Source: Vitrella brassicaformis CCMP3155 (taxonomy: Eukaryota; Protista; Chromerida). Taken from it: 64,000 nt of DNA. Within the stretch, counting starts at the first letter, position 1. Each line of letters starts with the position of its first letter. The DNA lies in the NCBI GenBank assembly GCA_001179505.1, contig CDMY01000468.1, positions 1-64,000 of the forward strand, given 5' to 3'. The notes below the pieces were generated by a model, which saw only the letters and a program-made list of their open reading frames with translations, was not told where the DNA came from and did no database searches. The translations under genes and the position numbers were made by a program. This document shows, in pieces, positions 37,469-50,069 of this stretch.

Positions 37469-37850
37469 TCACCTGCAAAGGGCTCTGGCTGCTTCGACGG
37501 GTCCGTCGCGTCCTTGGCCGGTCCAGTTTACCCACTTCAGATTCTTCCCGCGGCTCAAGCGGCTGTCGTCCCGCAGACCCCTCTTGGAGCAAGTCAAGTG
37601 GAATGATATAGTCATCTTCGAAAGCCCCGCCATCTCAATGTAGGCATAGCAGCTTTTTGCCCGCAACTGCTTGCCATACTTCAAGTACAGCAACCGACTG
37701 GCCATATTGACCATATTGACGCTGGGATTCGCCGATTTGCCGATGTACAATACGTCATTGCTGCCGGTGCCGGGAAGCTTGTCGATGGGAAGCTGATCTC
37801 AAGGCACACCGCGGGGTAAGCGAAATAAAGTCAACCTGAGAACACCGGCA
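37469..37850 (-). pseudogene. Decayed GIY-YIG-like nuclease
   Basis: GVLRLTLFRLPRGVP*DQLPIDKLPGTGSNDVLYIGKSANPSVNMVNMASRLLYLKYG: a YIGKS motif with a downstream RL; in-frame TGA at 37799-37801; the first (GIY) motif is degenerate. Confidence 0.5.
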
Positions 37851-39627
37851 CACGCCACGTGCAGTGAGTCAGCGAGTCGCTGAACAGCTGACACATCTCC
37901 ACAAGGCCGTCCCAGGTCAGCGAAGACGCTAAGCCTAATAGACACAGAACAGACAAAGAGACATGCATCTCATGGCAGCATACTTGTAACATCGTCGACG
38001 TGCCTGAAGAAGGAGAGGAATTCCGGCGGCAACTGTAGGAAGCGACGTCAGCGTAAGTGCAGTGAGCGAGGGCGAGGTTCTTGCAGGTGGGTATGGGTGT
38101 ATGTGTGGTACCTGCAATAACAGGTTGAGGGAGTACAGGTTAAGGTCGTACATCTCAGCGTCGAAGTCGCCAAATGAAACGGATAGCATGGGTAGGTCCT
38201 TTTTGGGGTTCTTTGTGTCGAGGTGTGCTGATGTGGTATGGCGGCAGTTCATCGTTTGAGTGTAGGACCGCCTGCAGGGACAAACCGACAAACCGAGACC
38301 GGTAAATGTGCAGCTGACAATACTGAGACCTGTGCGAACGGCTAGGGTCTCAGACGAGGCACAGTTCGACTGTTGATAAAAGGAGAGCGTCATTGGGGAG
38401 AGGGTGAGGGGGAGATATATGATTGAGTGAGTGTGCTGTTTTCCCTCAGCCTGTCGACGGCCCGTGCGTGGTATAGTGAGTATCCTCCGAGCAGCTTGGG
38501 CTCTCCGACATCACTGATATCAGCACTCTCCCGTGCAGGGTCGCGTGCAGCAGCAGGAGCAGCAGGACTGGGTTCAATTTTTGACTGGGTTGGCTTGTAT
38601 CCGCCGCCACGCGAGCGGCCTCATAAATCTCCTAGATGCTGTCATCGCAGTCGAATCCGAGAGTGAAGGTTGTCCATCCGGTGGCTTTATCGTGCACAGC
38701 GGAAATCAGCCAGTAGTACCCACTCTCGGGAGGTCTCGTTCGCTCTCGGTTGTCTCCCAATCGACTTTTTTTCTGAAGACCAACAGCATGGGCTTGTTGA
38801 TGTCAAGCACCGAGATCTGCGGATGGCACCGCCCCTCGTTTGGGTTGCCATCATCGGGGATGACGGCCGGACACCAGTCACAGATGTGGAAATCCGAGCG
38901 AACAGGACCCTGCACAAAATCACACACACATTATGCACCGAAACCGTGGATACCCATTCACAGGCACAGGAGGGCAGGAAGCCACCATACGACCCGTGCA
39001 GATGGAGGGGAGGCAGTGCGGCGGACCTTTGTAGACGTGTAGAGAGAGATCGATGAACAAACAGCTGTGTGGTACATCAACCAGAGAGCAACGGGTCTGG
39101 GCTACACTGCACTACTCTTGCTCATCGTCTGCGTGATGCTGCCACGGGTGCACGCGCTGTTGTTATTGAGTACCACTCCCGCCATCGCTGGTGGTTCTTC
39201 TCAGCGGATTTGATGCCTGTATAGCTCTTCTCTAGGCACCGAAATTGTGAGAGGATCGAGGGCCGTCTCAGCACTCGGATTCTCGACGCTTGGATTGCAC
39301 ATCCGACGTCTCCGCACTTGGAACCAATATCGCTCCAGGGGGCCACCTGCAAATTTCAATATATTGGTTCCTGGCCGTGCGGATTGAGCCAACGCTTATT
39401 AACTTTCATATTGAATGGACAGGCGTGAAGGACAGCTGACAAATGTGTCGTCCTGACCTATCCCTCTCTCGCACCACACACACGCGTCCACCATTCGTCT
39501 GTTGGCTATCCATACCCCCCTGGTCCATGCACACACACTGACGGATGCAGAAGCCCATTGCATCAAATCACACCCACACACCCGGCAGCAGACGCGTGCT
39601 GCCTTGAGGGTGGGGTGGGTGAATGAG

Positions 39628-42600
39628 TCAGTACGTCAGCTGCTGCTGCTGCTGCTGCCGGTCTCCACCCAGCTTCACGGGCAACGCGATAGCTGACCCT
39701 GCACACACCACACACACACACGTCATACACAAGTGTGCACTTGACACACACAGGTGCGTCCACCTACCGGTGCTGTTGGTGGTGACGTCACTCGTCTTGG
39801 CAAGATCGGCACTCGCCAACTCCTTGGCACGTTTCCTGCGCAGGAAGACACACACACACAAATGTACCGTGCGGGTGCGCCTTCCTTATATTCTGTCACT
39901 CGTGTGCGGTGCAGGTGAGGTGCATCGTTTGCTCACTCACAGTTTGGTCTGCTTGTAGTACTTGTAGAGGGGGGTCTTCCATGCCTTCGGGCGCATCGAA
40001 CAGACACACACATCACGTCCAGTCCATGTGTGTGTAGCCGTGCGTGGCGTAGGGGGATGGGCGAATGGGTGTGGCTCGGTTAGCTTACGTAATAGGGGAC
40101 CTCTGGCTTGACCTCAGATGGCTGCAAACACACACCAACACGCCCCACACCAAAGAGGAAGATAGCGATTCGCATGTGTGTGCGTGTGAGAGAGACAGAT
40201 GGGCGCGTACCAGCACTGGATGGACAGTGGACCGAAACCCCTTTCTGAAGGTCCGCTTCCTTTCCTCTGAACACACACGACACGACACACCCATACAAAG
40301 CCATTCCATCACGCGTCTGTGTCTGTGGAGGTGCCTGTGCTGTGTATGTCCTTCCTCGACCTTTGATCTTGGCAATGCGCTCTTTGTGCTCTTTGAATAT
40401 CGGCCGAAACCACCTGCACACACACATGGCATGGCCAGGTCATGCGGCAAGGGGTGCGCATCGCAGGTGTGAATGGGATGGTTGTGGTGTGTACTTGCCT
40501 GTCTGGCCAGTGCACCCAATGGCTGCCGGGCGCCACGAGAAGGCTGTACTTCTTGCCTGCAGACAGACAGGGCACACACACACACAAAGGCACCCACACA
40601 GGCCTCGCTGTGTTGTGGCAATGATGCATTGCGTCCACACGCAGCGCAGACACTCACCGGTAGCGTTGGCCATTGTGCGCCGCGACTGTATCATGTCCAA
40701 TGCGCGACGAATAGCCCTGCCACCACACACACACACGGATGCATGGGATGCGCAAGTGAGTGAGTGAGTGCCATTCACTCGACCGACCGTATACGAGTGA
40801 ACCACTTGCTCTCATGCTTGGGAAACGTCACACGGCAATTGTCGAGACCTGCAGGGACGACGTGGGCATCCATACATCGATCCATCCATCCATCCGACAA
40901 CGGTATGCATCAGTGTGAGCGTACCGATCAAGTAGAGAATTGGCAGGAACTTTCTGTTGGCCCGAATGCCCCTCCCTGCATGTGGATGCATTCATGGAGC
41001 ACACAGAGGTGGTTGGTGTGCGTGAGGTGCGTGAGGTGGGTGAGGTGGGTGAGGTACCTATCGGCCGGCCAATGATCTTGAAGTGGCTGCCGTATTCCCT
41101 TCCTGCACGCACACACACACGACACACACACACACGCACAGAGAGAGAGAGAGAGGGAGAGGATCATTGACAGTGCTGACACCCTTCCTGACGGGCTGAC
41201 CGTATACAGGTGTGTTGAGTGTGCGTGCTCTGTCCAGATCGACAAACTCCATATGCTGCAACGCCTTCAGCGCCGCGTCAGCACGCGCCTGCCGTCCAGG
41301 AAGTGCACCACACACACACACACGTGTAAGTGACTCGTCCGCGTGAACACAGACAGAGAGCGAGAAGCGGACCTCTTTTGGCGACTCACCAAACCCCACA
41401 CCAAAGCCCACCAAACCGCGGCCATTGCCTATGGACACACCACACAGATATGACTCCTGTGGACCCATAAGCTCGGGGGGNNNNNNNNNNNNNNNNNNNN
41501 NNNNNNNNNNNNNNNNNNNNNNNNNNNNNNNNNNNNNNNNNNNNNNNNNNNNNNNNNNNNNNNNNNNNNNNNNNNNNNNNNNNNNNNNNNNNNNNNNNNN
41601 NNNNNNNNNNNNNNNNNNNNNNNNNNNNNNNNNNNNNNNNNNNNNNNNNNNNNNNNNNNNNNNNNNNNNNNNNNNNNNNNNNNNNNNNNNNNNNNNNNNN
41701 NNNNNNNNNNNNNNNNNNNNNNNNNNNNNNNNNNNNNNNNNNNNNNNNNNNNNNNNNNNNNNNNNNNNNNNNNNNNNNNNGGGGGGGCGGCTCACTCACC
41801 CACACAGACAATCGACCTGTAGTAATAGAGACGCCCATCTGCCAGAACACACAGACGCATCCACTCCACCAAAGTGGGTGGGCTGCGCATTCATGCGCGG
41901 CGCGTGTCGGGACCTGAGCACATGCTGCCCATGCGTGCGATGTGCAGCTGTGTCTGCCGCAGCTCGTCTATCTTGAGCAGCGGGTCGATGCCCTCCTGCA
42001 CGCGCCGCACCGAACCAGACACACAGGGAAAGGAAGGGCACACAGCTATCCGTCCATCCATCCATCCAGTCACCCAACCCAGGTAGGTGTTTGGCTGGCT
42101 GACCTGTTCTCTAACGTATCGGTCTCGCTTGGCGTCATAGAGAGCATTGGCCGGCTTGCGCCTGCACATATACCCTCACACGCGAATGGGTGATGGATGC
42201 CCGGACGAGTGACTGCGCCTTCGTATCTCTCTCTCTCTCTCTCTGTCTGTCCGTCTACTGGGTGTGTGCACACATCTGCAGCGTCACCATACCATGTCCA
42301 CTTGACGATCTCTCCGTCCTGTTCGACCCATTCCAGAGGGCCGGCCGTCTTGACGTGAGACATCTCGTGATCGACCTAAACACACACACACAAATGATGC
42401 ACCCATACACACAAAGATGATGATGCACCCACCGGCCAATGGACTCGCTCACCAGGACTTCCATAGGGGTCTTGCCATGCCGCTTGCGAAACGCTTCATC
42501 AACCTAAGACGCACACACACACACACACACAGGCACATGCCTTATGCGAGTGTGTCTGTGCGCACGAACCGAATGGTCAGCAATGATGCTGCTGCTGCTG

Positions 42601-45379
42601 CTGCCTTTGCGGCCGAGGGAGCGGCCTACATCCACACACACAGACCACAGACCGACTTGCGACTGGTGGCTCTTTGTGTGTGTGTGTGTGTGTGTGTGCA
42701 TGTCAGCTGACATGCGCCCTGAATGTCGAATAGCTGGTCGATCATTTCGTCGGAGAGGTGTCTGTTTTCGGGGAGGGAGGACAGCTCGGCTGATACCTGC
42801 GTTCAAGCACACGCACACACACACACGGACTCTGTGTGTGTGTGTGTGTGTGTGTGTTGCGCACGTCGGTGGGCTCGAATCGGTGGAGCAGCTTGTAGGG
42901 ATCCAACGCCTGACAGACAGACAGACAGACAGGTGATATCCTCTCTCTCTCTGCTGCTGTTGTGTAGCCCTACATCAAATTCCAGCAGGTTCGCCTTCCC
43001 ACGAGCAGCTGCCTTCAGCAATAGCCTGGCCGTCTGCACACACACACACACACACACATACACACACACATCCACACACGGATGCAGTCCGTCGACCCCA
43101 CTGTATGCGAACCTCTCTATCTCGTGGGCTGGCGTCGATCTGCGGCAGGTCGCCCGATGGCAGATACTCGGCCAGCTGATGTGCACACACACACACACAA
43201 ACACACACACACGGAGAGAGAGAGAGAGAGAGAGGGATAGAGACACAGAGAGAGCAGGTAATGGAAGGAAGCCGATTGGTGTGCTATGTCAGTCTCCGTG
43301 TGTGTCGTGGACCTCTGCTATGTCCATGGTGAGCCAGTTCCGCAGCCCAATTGTTTCAAGATCGCTGTGTGTGTCAGCACAGCACACACACCCTCATGCC
43401 CGTGTGTGTGCTGTGTGTGTGTGTGTGAGGGTGGGGTGGGGTGCGCGCACTTGCAGAGAGACTGGAACTGGTCTGCCAAGTCGCTGACGTTCTCGTCGCC
43501 CATCTGCCACCACACACACACGTCCATCCATCCATCCATCCACCGATATGCTGCAGGTCTACCTGCAGCAGCTTCGCGGTGCTCGTGAAGTATTCCCCTG
43601 CTTTGTCCAGCGGGAATGCATCTGACACCGATCACACACACACACACACACAAAAAGAGATGGAGAGAGAGAGAAACAGAGACGACATGCGCAGCGCACG
43701 GACCTTTGAGGTTTCGCTCATCGATCATGTCGGCTGGGAGGGGGAAATCTGCACACACACACACACACGGAGGCATCAGCGTGCGGTGCGGGTGCGCATC
43801 AGTGTGTGGCCGGGTGGGTGTTTAGCTGACCGTCGTACATGAAGTCCTCGCCAAAGTCATACCTGCACACACGGAGAGACCGCACACACAGGGATGCGTC
43901 TGCCCACACACGGACGGAAGGGTAAATGTGTGTGTACCATTCGACCCCGTCCCTCGGCTTGCTGTGCAGGTGGATCTGGCCACACACACACACACACGAG
44001 AGGGTACCCCTGTCTGTCTGTCTGTTCTGTGTCACAACACGCGGCTGGGCTGCATACCTACCTACCCTACCTCTTTGTGTGCCATCGACTGGTTCTTGAC
44101 CACACGAGTGAGGTGCCCCCGCAGCCACTCGGCTATCTCCTGCGCCGCAGCACACACACAGACACACGTGCGTCAGTTAATTGCCTGAGAGAGTGTTTGT
44201 GAGACCAACCTACCTGTGTGTCTCTCTCTCGGATCTCCTTCGGCAGCAGCGGCGCCAGCCTGTGCCAGCACCTGCACACACACACACGCTCACACGGACA
44301 GATACAATGAACTGTCTTTCTCTGTGTGTGTGCGATGCATCTACCGCTCCATCCACTCGTCGACGTACGAGGGGTCCTTCCTCAGACGGAACGAGTGAAA
44401 CTGGCCAGGCCAAGCGCAGACACACACGAGTCCCTCTGTCTCTCTCTCTGTTTGTTTGTCTGTCTGTCTGTCTGTGCGGCGAATCGCATGCATACGAGGG
44501 CGTCGATGGTCTTTCTGAACCGCAGTGGATCATCGCTCGTCGGCAAGTTGTCCACACCCAACACCTACACAGCCATCATACGACTGACTGCAGAGAGAGA
44601 CAGAGGGAGAGTACCTGGCAGATGTGGTGCAGGTCTTCTGCCAAGGACCGAGTTGCTGTCACACACAGACACACACATACACACAGACAGACAGACAGAC
44701 AGACAAGGAAGGATGCACAGACAGACAGACAGACCCACGGAGGCGCGGCGCGCATCGCATCATACCTACCTGCTTCAAGAGCAATGGCGAATGCGTTGGG
44801 GTTGACCACAGGCAGGTTGAAGGACAGGGGGTCCACCTGAGGCTTACGCCACGCCATGTCTCTCTGTGTGTCGGTGTGCGTGTGTGGGTGGGTGGGTGGG
44901 TGTTCGTGTGCCCACCGCCTTGCTGTTGCCTGCCGCAGAAGGCACCAATGCACCGTTGTGATCCCCCTCTGATTGTGCTGTCCCTGGTGCTGCTGCTGGT
45001 GCTTGGGCCATCAGCAGCTGCCACACACACACACTCGAGGGCGTGGCGTGGTGTGTTGGGGTGTGTGTGTGTGTGTGGGTGAATGGGTGGGTGGGGTACC
45101 GAGTTGAGCTTTGTTTCGAGGCCCAGCATTGAGTCCTCCTGTGTGTAGGGACCGCGGGCACCCCAGACAGATCAGAAACATGGGCGAGTGTGTGTGTGTA
45201 GGCACTTCACTCGGATTGCCTACGCGGTAGAATGGTTTGCTCTCGGGCCTCAGCAGCTTGTAGATGCGCAAGGCAGACAGCGACACGTCACGCGCCTCAC
45301 TGTGGCTGCGCACACACACACACACACACAAACACACTTGAATCCATACGTGTGGATGAGAAGTCGTCATTCTCTCTCC

Positions 45380-45410
<31 letters not shown>

Positions 45411-46100
45411 CTTACAGGTCTTTGCCATCCCCCATCTGCTGCTGCTGCTGCTGAATGTCGTTGCGGCCCTCATCACCAAACAGACCCGACAGACCCTCCT
45501 GCACACCCCACACCACAAGCCCACACAAGTGGACACACCTCTCTCTCTCTGTGAGAGTGTCGGTGTGGGAATCCGTGCCTGCGCCTCTTTGATTTGGCGC
45601 AGGAACCGCTCCTTGTCTCGCCGGATGGCTGCGTGGCACACACCACACACACATGGGATGGGGGGGATGCATATGTGATGTGTTGGCCACGTCAAGAAGT
45701 ACCTCACCTGACGGCTTGCCCGCCTCGATGTGCTCATCCAGGTGTTTATCGCGGATCTCACCTGCACACAGACACAAACACACTCTCACAGGCATTTGAG
45801 AGTCAGTTCGTTTGGGTGTATTCGGGCGACTTGTGTGTGTCGACAATCCCCCGCTCCACTCACTCACCCCAGACGGCTCTTCTCAGCTTGTTGGCCGTCG
45901 CCCCACCCAGCAAATGCCGTTGCTGCTGCCCAGTGCCCCTATGCCATCTGCACGCACCAGACGCCACAGTGAATGCACACGGCAGGCAGGCAGGCAGGCA
46001 GGCAGGTGTGTGTGCGTGCGTCCTTGTACGAGCTGGGCAGCAGGGCTCGAGACGGCCGCCTTCTCCCAGGCGATGAGCAACAGTGGTGACAGTGCTGCAT
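39628..46100 (-). CDS. Large hypothetical protein with more than 30 small exons, crossing a gap
   Basis: Long series of short GC3-rich exons bounded by GT/AG and (CA)n introns (e.g. AIRRDKERFLRQIKEAQARIP, AEYLPSGDLPQIDASP, KKYSLLVAPGSHWVHWPDRWFRPIFKEHKERIAKIKGR). No domain recognised; could be two genes. Confidence 0.6.
41481..41780. other. Assembly gap (300 N)
   Basis: Run of N. Confidence 1.
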
Positions 46101-46849
46101 CCTTCTCTTCTGCTTTCCTTCGTCCCTCCGACCGATCTCTTTTGTCAGGTCAGATCTTTGTCAGCTCAGACGTCAATGAAGGCCCGGCTCTCTCATCCAC
46201 ACAAACGTGCATTGCTCAGAGGCCCGAAGGAAGCGGAAAATCCATCGATTTCTGCAGATTGCTAGGGTGCTCCCTGAAACCGCTGCCGCAGATCTCGCTT
46301 GCCATCAGCGGCCAAGGCCGGCCGACGATGGAGCTGGTGACCCAGATCCGCCTGACGACACGGATGCGTGTGCGGCTGCAGCGAGAGGTCAGCCTGCTTG
46401 AGAAGCGAGCCGGCACGTCCATGAGCCGGGGATCGCCGCCCCCAAGCTCAGGAACCGACGGGTGTGGGAAAAAACGGATGATGAGCGACGACGAGCTGAG
46501 AGAATACCTCAGTGAGTGGGCGAGAGAGGAGGGAGGCTCACGGCCGCCCTGTGTGAGATCAGAGTTTGCCAGTGGCCGGCTCACAGCGTGTTTGTCTTCC
46601 GTTTGATCGGCTGCGAAGAGGGGAGTGTTCTGCTGATGACCGGCTGACTGACTGACAGAGGCTTATCAATGGATGTGGGGTGTCTGTCGGTCGTCATACG
46701 TGTGTGTGAGAGTGCGAGCGGGCGTGGGGGTGTGATGATCTGTGTGTGTGTGTGTACGTCTGATTGATGTATGGCTCACTCTTTTCCTTTGCCCATCAAA
46801 CACGGCCTTCATTCATTCTTCTGGTCCATCAACTAACGTACACACAGGT

Positions 46850-48276
46850 CAGTCACGCCATGCATCACTCACCAGACATTCGCAGCAGGCGCCTGTCTGT
46901 CTGTGTCTGTCTCCCCTCCTGCTGACCCTCAACCACACCACCACACGTGCAGCCCTCTACCGTGGACAATCGACACACTTACGATAAAGCCCCCGATCAC
47001 ATTATGGTGCATCTCCTCGTGTTGGCCGTCGCTCGCCCGTCGTCGCTGGCTGTCGCTTGCCTGTGCTCATTCTCCCCGCGCCACACCTTGCGACACAGGT
47101 GATCCCCGAGCACACTCGTCACGATAGTGCGTGTCTTGTCGTGGGGGGCCGACTCGGTCGTTAAGATATCCACATGAATCACTGCCATGTGGATCAGCTG
47201 ACTCACTGCCATGTGCCCCTCGCCCATCGCCTCACTGCCCAGCACCACCAGCCGCTCATGCCGTCCCAGCTCCTTCTTCTTGTCGAAGACGGCCGCCCCC
47301 GCCCCCCACTGTGCCGCATCGCTTGGAGAGGCCGCCAGCACCTCACACACACGCCGGGATGCAGCAGAAGGATGGCGCCAAGACCGCCAGGACCTGATGC
47401 GGCAAATGTAGTGGTCGCGCTTGAGCCAGCCGAAAAGGACGAACGAATGCCACCATGGAGGTGTAGGTGGGGTACGTCGAGGGCTCCAGCTGTGTGCGCG
47501 GGTCGGCGGGATCGAATCTGTCGTGAGGGAAAAAGAGGGGGCTCAGCTCGGTGAGGAGGGTGGGGGCGGAACGGCAATTGGCCCGGGGGGGGCGAAGGAT
47601 GCCGTTGCCGTCCATCAGCTGGCTATGCTGGCCTCTGTGACTCACAGTGACCCCCCAGCTGAGTATCTTCCACTGCCGGACAGCCTCCGTCTCGCCGATG
47701 AAGGCCGCCCGGCTGTTAAAGACGCCGAAGCTCTCATCACGCAGCACCACAATCCTCCGTCTCAGCAAGTACAGCATCTCCAACACTGGCCGCCATCCGT
47801 CCCAGTTGCCGCCCCTCTCAAGGATGAAGAGCCGACGTGTGGTGGCCACTATGATGGACACACTCTGGGTCAGCTGAGGCATCGGCACCTCCACCAGGCC
47901 GCCAAAGATGGCCTCCACCACGACGGGCAGCAGTCGGGTGAGAATGGGCAGGATGACGGCGGCGGTGAATTGGGTGGGATGGGCGTCGATGAGGGCCTCC
48001 AGCTGTGAGTAGCTGCTGACGTACTCGGCAACTGTGGGCACTGCCTCCTCAGGCACATCAGCGGCACTGATAAGGGGATCATGCTGATGCTGCTGACTGC
48101 CGCACGACACACGGCTGGCACCTGTAACACAATCACACGCACACACACAGACCTAGTTGTGGCTGCACGATTGTCCCTTCTGCAGCGATGCCGCCCCCAC
48201 CATCAGCAGCTGCAACCGACGCAGCGGATGACGATACCCTAGACGTGGGAGGGCCGTCACGAGCAGCACTCGACAT
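46850..48276 (-). CDS. Member of a lineage-expanded (Vitrella-type) hypothetical family
   Basis: ATG 48276 MSSAARDGPP..., then VAEYVSSYSQLEALIDAHP...RRLFILERGGNWDGWRPVLEMLYLL...ETEAVRQWKIL; 3' end approximate. Confidence 0.65.
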
Positions 48277-48424
48277 CTGCAAGAAACCAGTGAGACCACT
48301 CGCTGTTTGATTGTTCTCCCTCCCCGCCGCACTTACAGATCTGTCACAAAACACACAGAGGAACCACACAGACTGCCACGGGATCACGCAGAACCACATA
48401 AATCGAACAGGTGCAGCACAAACA

Positions 48425-48452
48425 TGACAGCTGGAGGGCTCGAACCCACGTG
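48425..48452 (-). pseudogene. 3' fragment of a tRNA (T-arm + acceptor strand, Leu-like)
   Basis: Minus strand CGTGGGTTCGAGCCCTCCAGCTGTCA: TTCGA loop with an imperfect stem and a GCTGTCA end; no D-arm or anticodon arm upstream. Confidence 0.45.
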
Positions 48453-48477
48453 TCGTCGAAGCGCACCACAAACGAAA

Positions 48478-48559
48478 CGTTGGCTGCAGGATTCGAACCT
48501 GCGCGGGCATAACCCACCAGATTAGCAGTCTAGCGCCTTAACCACTCGGCCAAACCAAC
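48478..48559 (-). tRNA. tRNA-Ser(GCT)
   Basis: GTTGGTT-TG-GCCGAGTGGTTAAGGC-G-CTAGA-CT[GCT]AA-TCTGG, long variable arm, GCAGGTTCGAATCCTGC, AGCCAAC-G; full cloverleaf, no intron. Confidence 0.95.
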
Positions 48560-48986
48560 CGCTCCCACCAACGTGTTCCCTCTTCACACCACTGAGTGTG
48601 GTTCCCGGTGTGTGTCCGAGCAAGGTTGACTCCAACTCATTCGACTGAGAGAGGCGCAGACAGGCAGACAGGCAGACAGACAGACAGACACTGGCACATC
48701 GGATGGCAAGCAGAATATGCGCCGTGCGTGTGTAAAGGGGCGTTGATCATCATTTCATTTGATTGGTAGCGCGGAGGACTGTCATGACAGACGCAGACAT
48801 CGATGCATCGGTCTGGCCGATTCCCGGTCTGTCTGGCTGCGTCATTGCCTATTTAGAGCGTTAAGACACGAACACAGCATACAACACGCACGCACACACA
48901 CACCATTCATGGGAACGCATGCATGGGCTCACAATGGTGATTGAGTGTAGCTATGGCTAGTGCTCTTTGCAATAGCTGGCCTGGCT

Positions 48987-49017
<31 letters not shown>

Positions 49018-49427
49018 TGCATTAAGAGTGGCTGCATTAGAGCTGGATGGATAGATGTAGGGGTCATTCATGTGTGCCAGTGGACACACAAGCAGACGAC
49101 ACAGACACACAGGCACACAGACAGACGACGCACGGCACCGGACGGACGGACATGGATAAAAAACATACATGTCATGATAGATATGGACATACACACGAGT
49201 ATGCAAGCAACGTAGTATGGAGCCTTGATGGATTATGGAAGGATCCCTCTGCTCCCCTCCCTCCCTCCCTCCCTCCCCTCTCTGTGCGTGGTCGGTGTGG
49301 ACGGAACTCTCTCGTCAATTCCATCTCCCTCTCATACACACGGCACCGACAAAACAAGACGTCACGGCAATCGTCCGTCCGTCCATCCGTCCGCCTGTCT
49401 GTCTGTCTGTCTGTCTGTCCGTTCTTT

Positions 49428-50028
49428 CTATCTGAGTGAAGGATTGTACAGGTGGACGTACTCGTCATAGGTCAGAGAGGCCTTCGCGCTCTCGTACCGG
49501 GTCACCTGGAGGCGCAATCAATCAACCACCGACACACACGAAGACATCACGGAGGTGTGGGCGGTGATTGGGCGGACACACACCTGCAAAGTGCTCATCA
49601 TGGCGCCGTCGATCGGCCCCCTATACCCAGCCTTGCGAATCTGCACACAGCACCCCACACACAGCACCACACACGCAGCACACGTGTGATGCCGAGCCGT
49701 TTCCACACACACACACATCGATCATCGGGCATGCGAGCAGACAGACGTACCAGCTCACGAATGGCGACTTCCTTGCTCATGTTGTGCTCTAGCGGCACCT
49801 CAGGCAAATACGTCGCTGACAACCTGCCAATCGAAATCGATACACACGGTAGGTATGCATCTTGGTCTCTCTCTCTCTGTGGGTCGGTGGGTGGGTGGGT
49901 GGGTGTGTGGGTGTGTGTGCCTACAGGGCTCCATTGTGCGGGTCGGGGAAGCGAATCAGCACACCATGCACACCAATCACCCAATCATCGGCGTCAACAC
50001 ACGACTGCTCACATCGACAGACACACAG

Positions 50029-50069
<41 letters not shown>

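Noticed and set aside
45812-46606. 264-aa plus-strand ORF
   Set aside because: Largely antisense to exons and introns of the minus-strand gene, contains intron-type repeats, no motif; not supportable as a gene.
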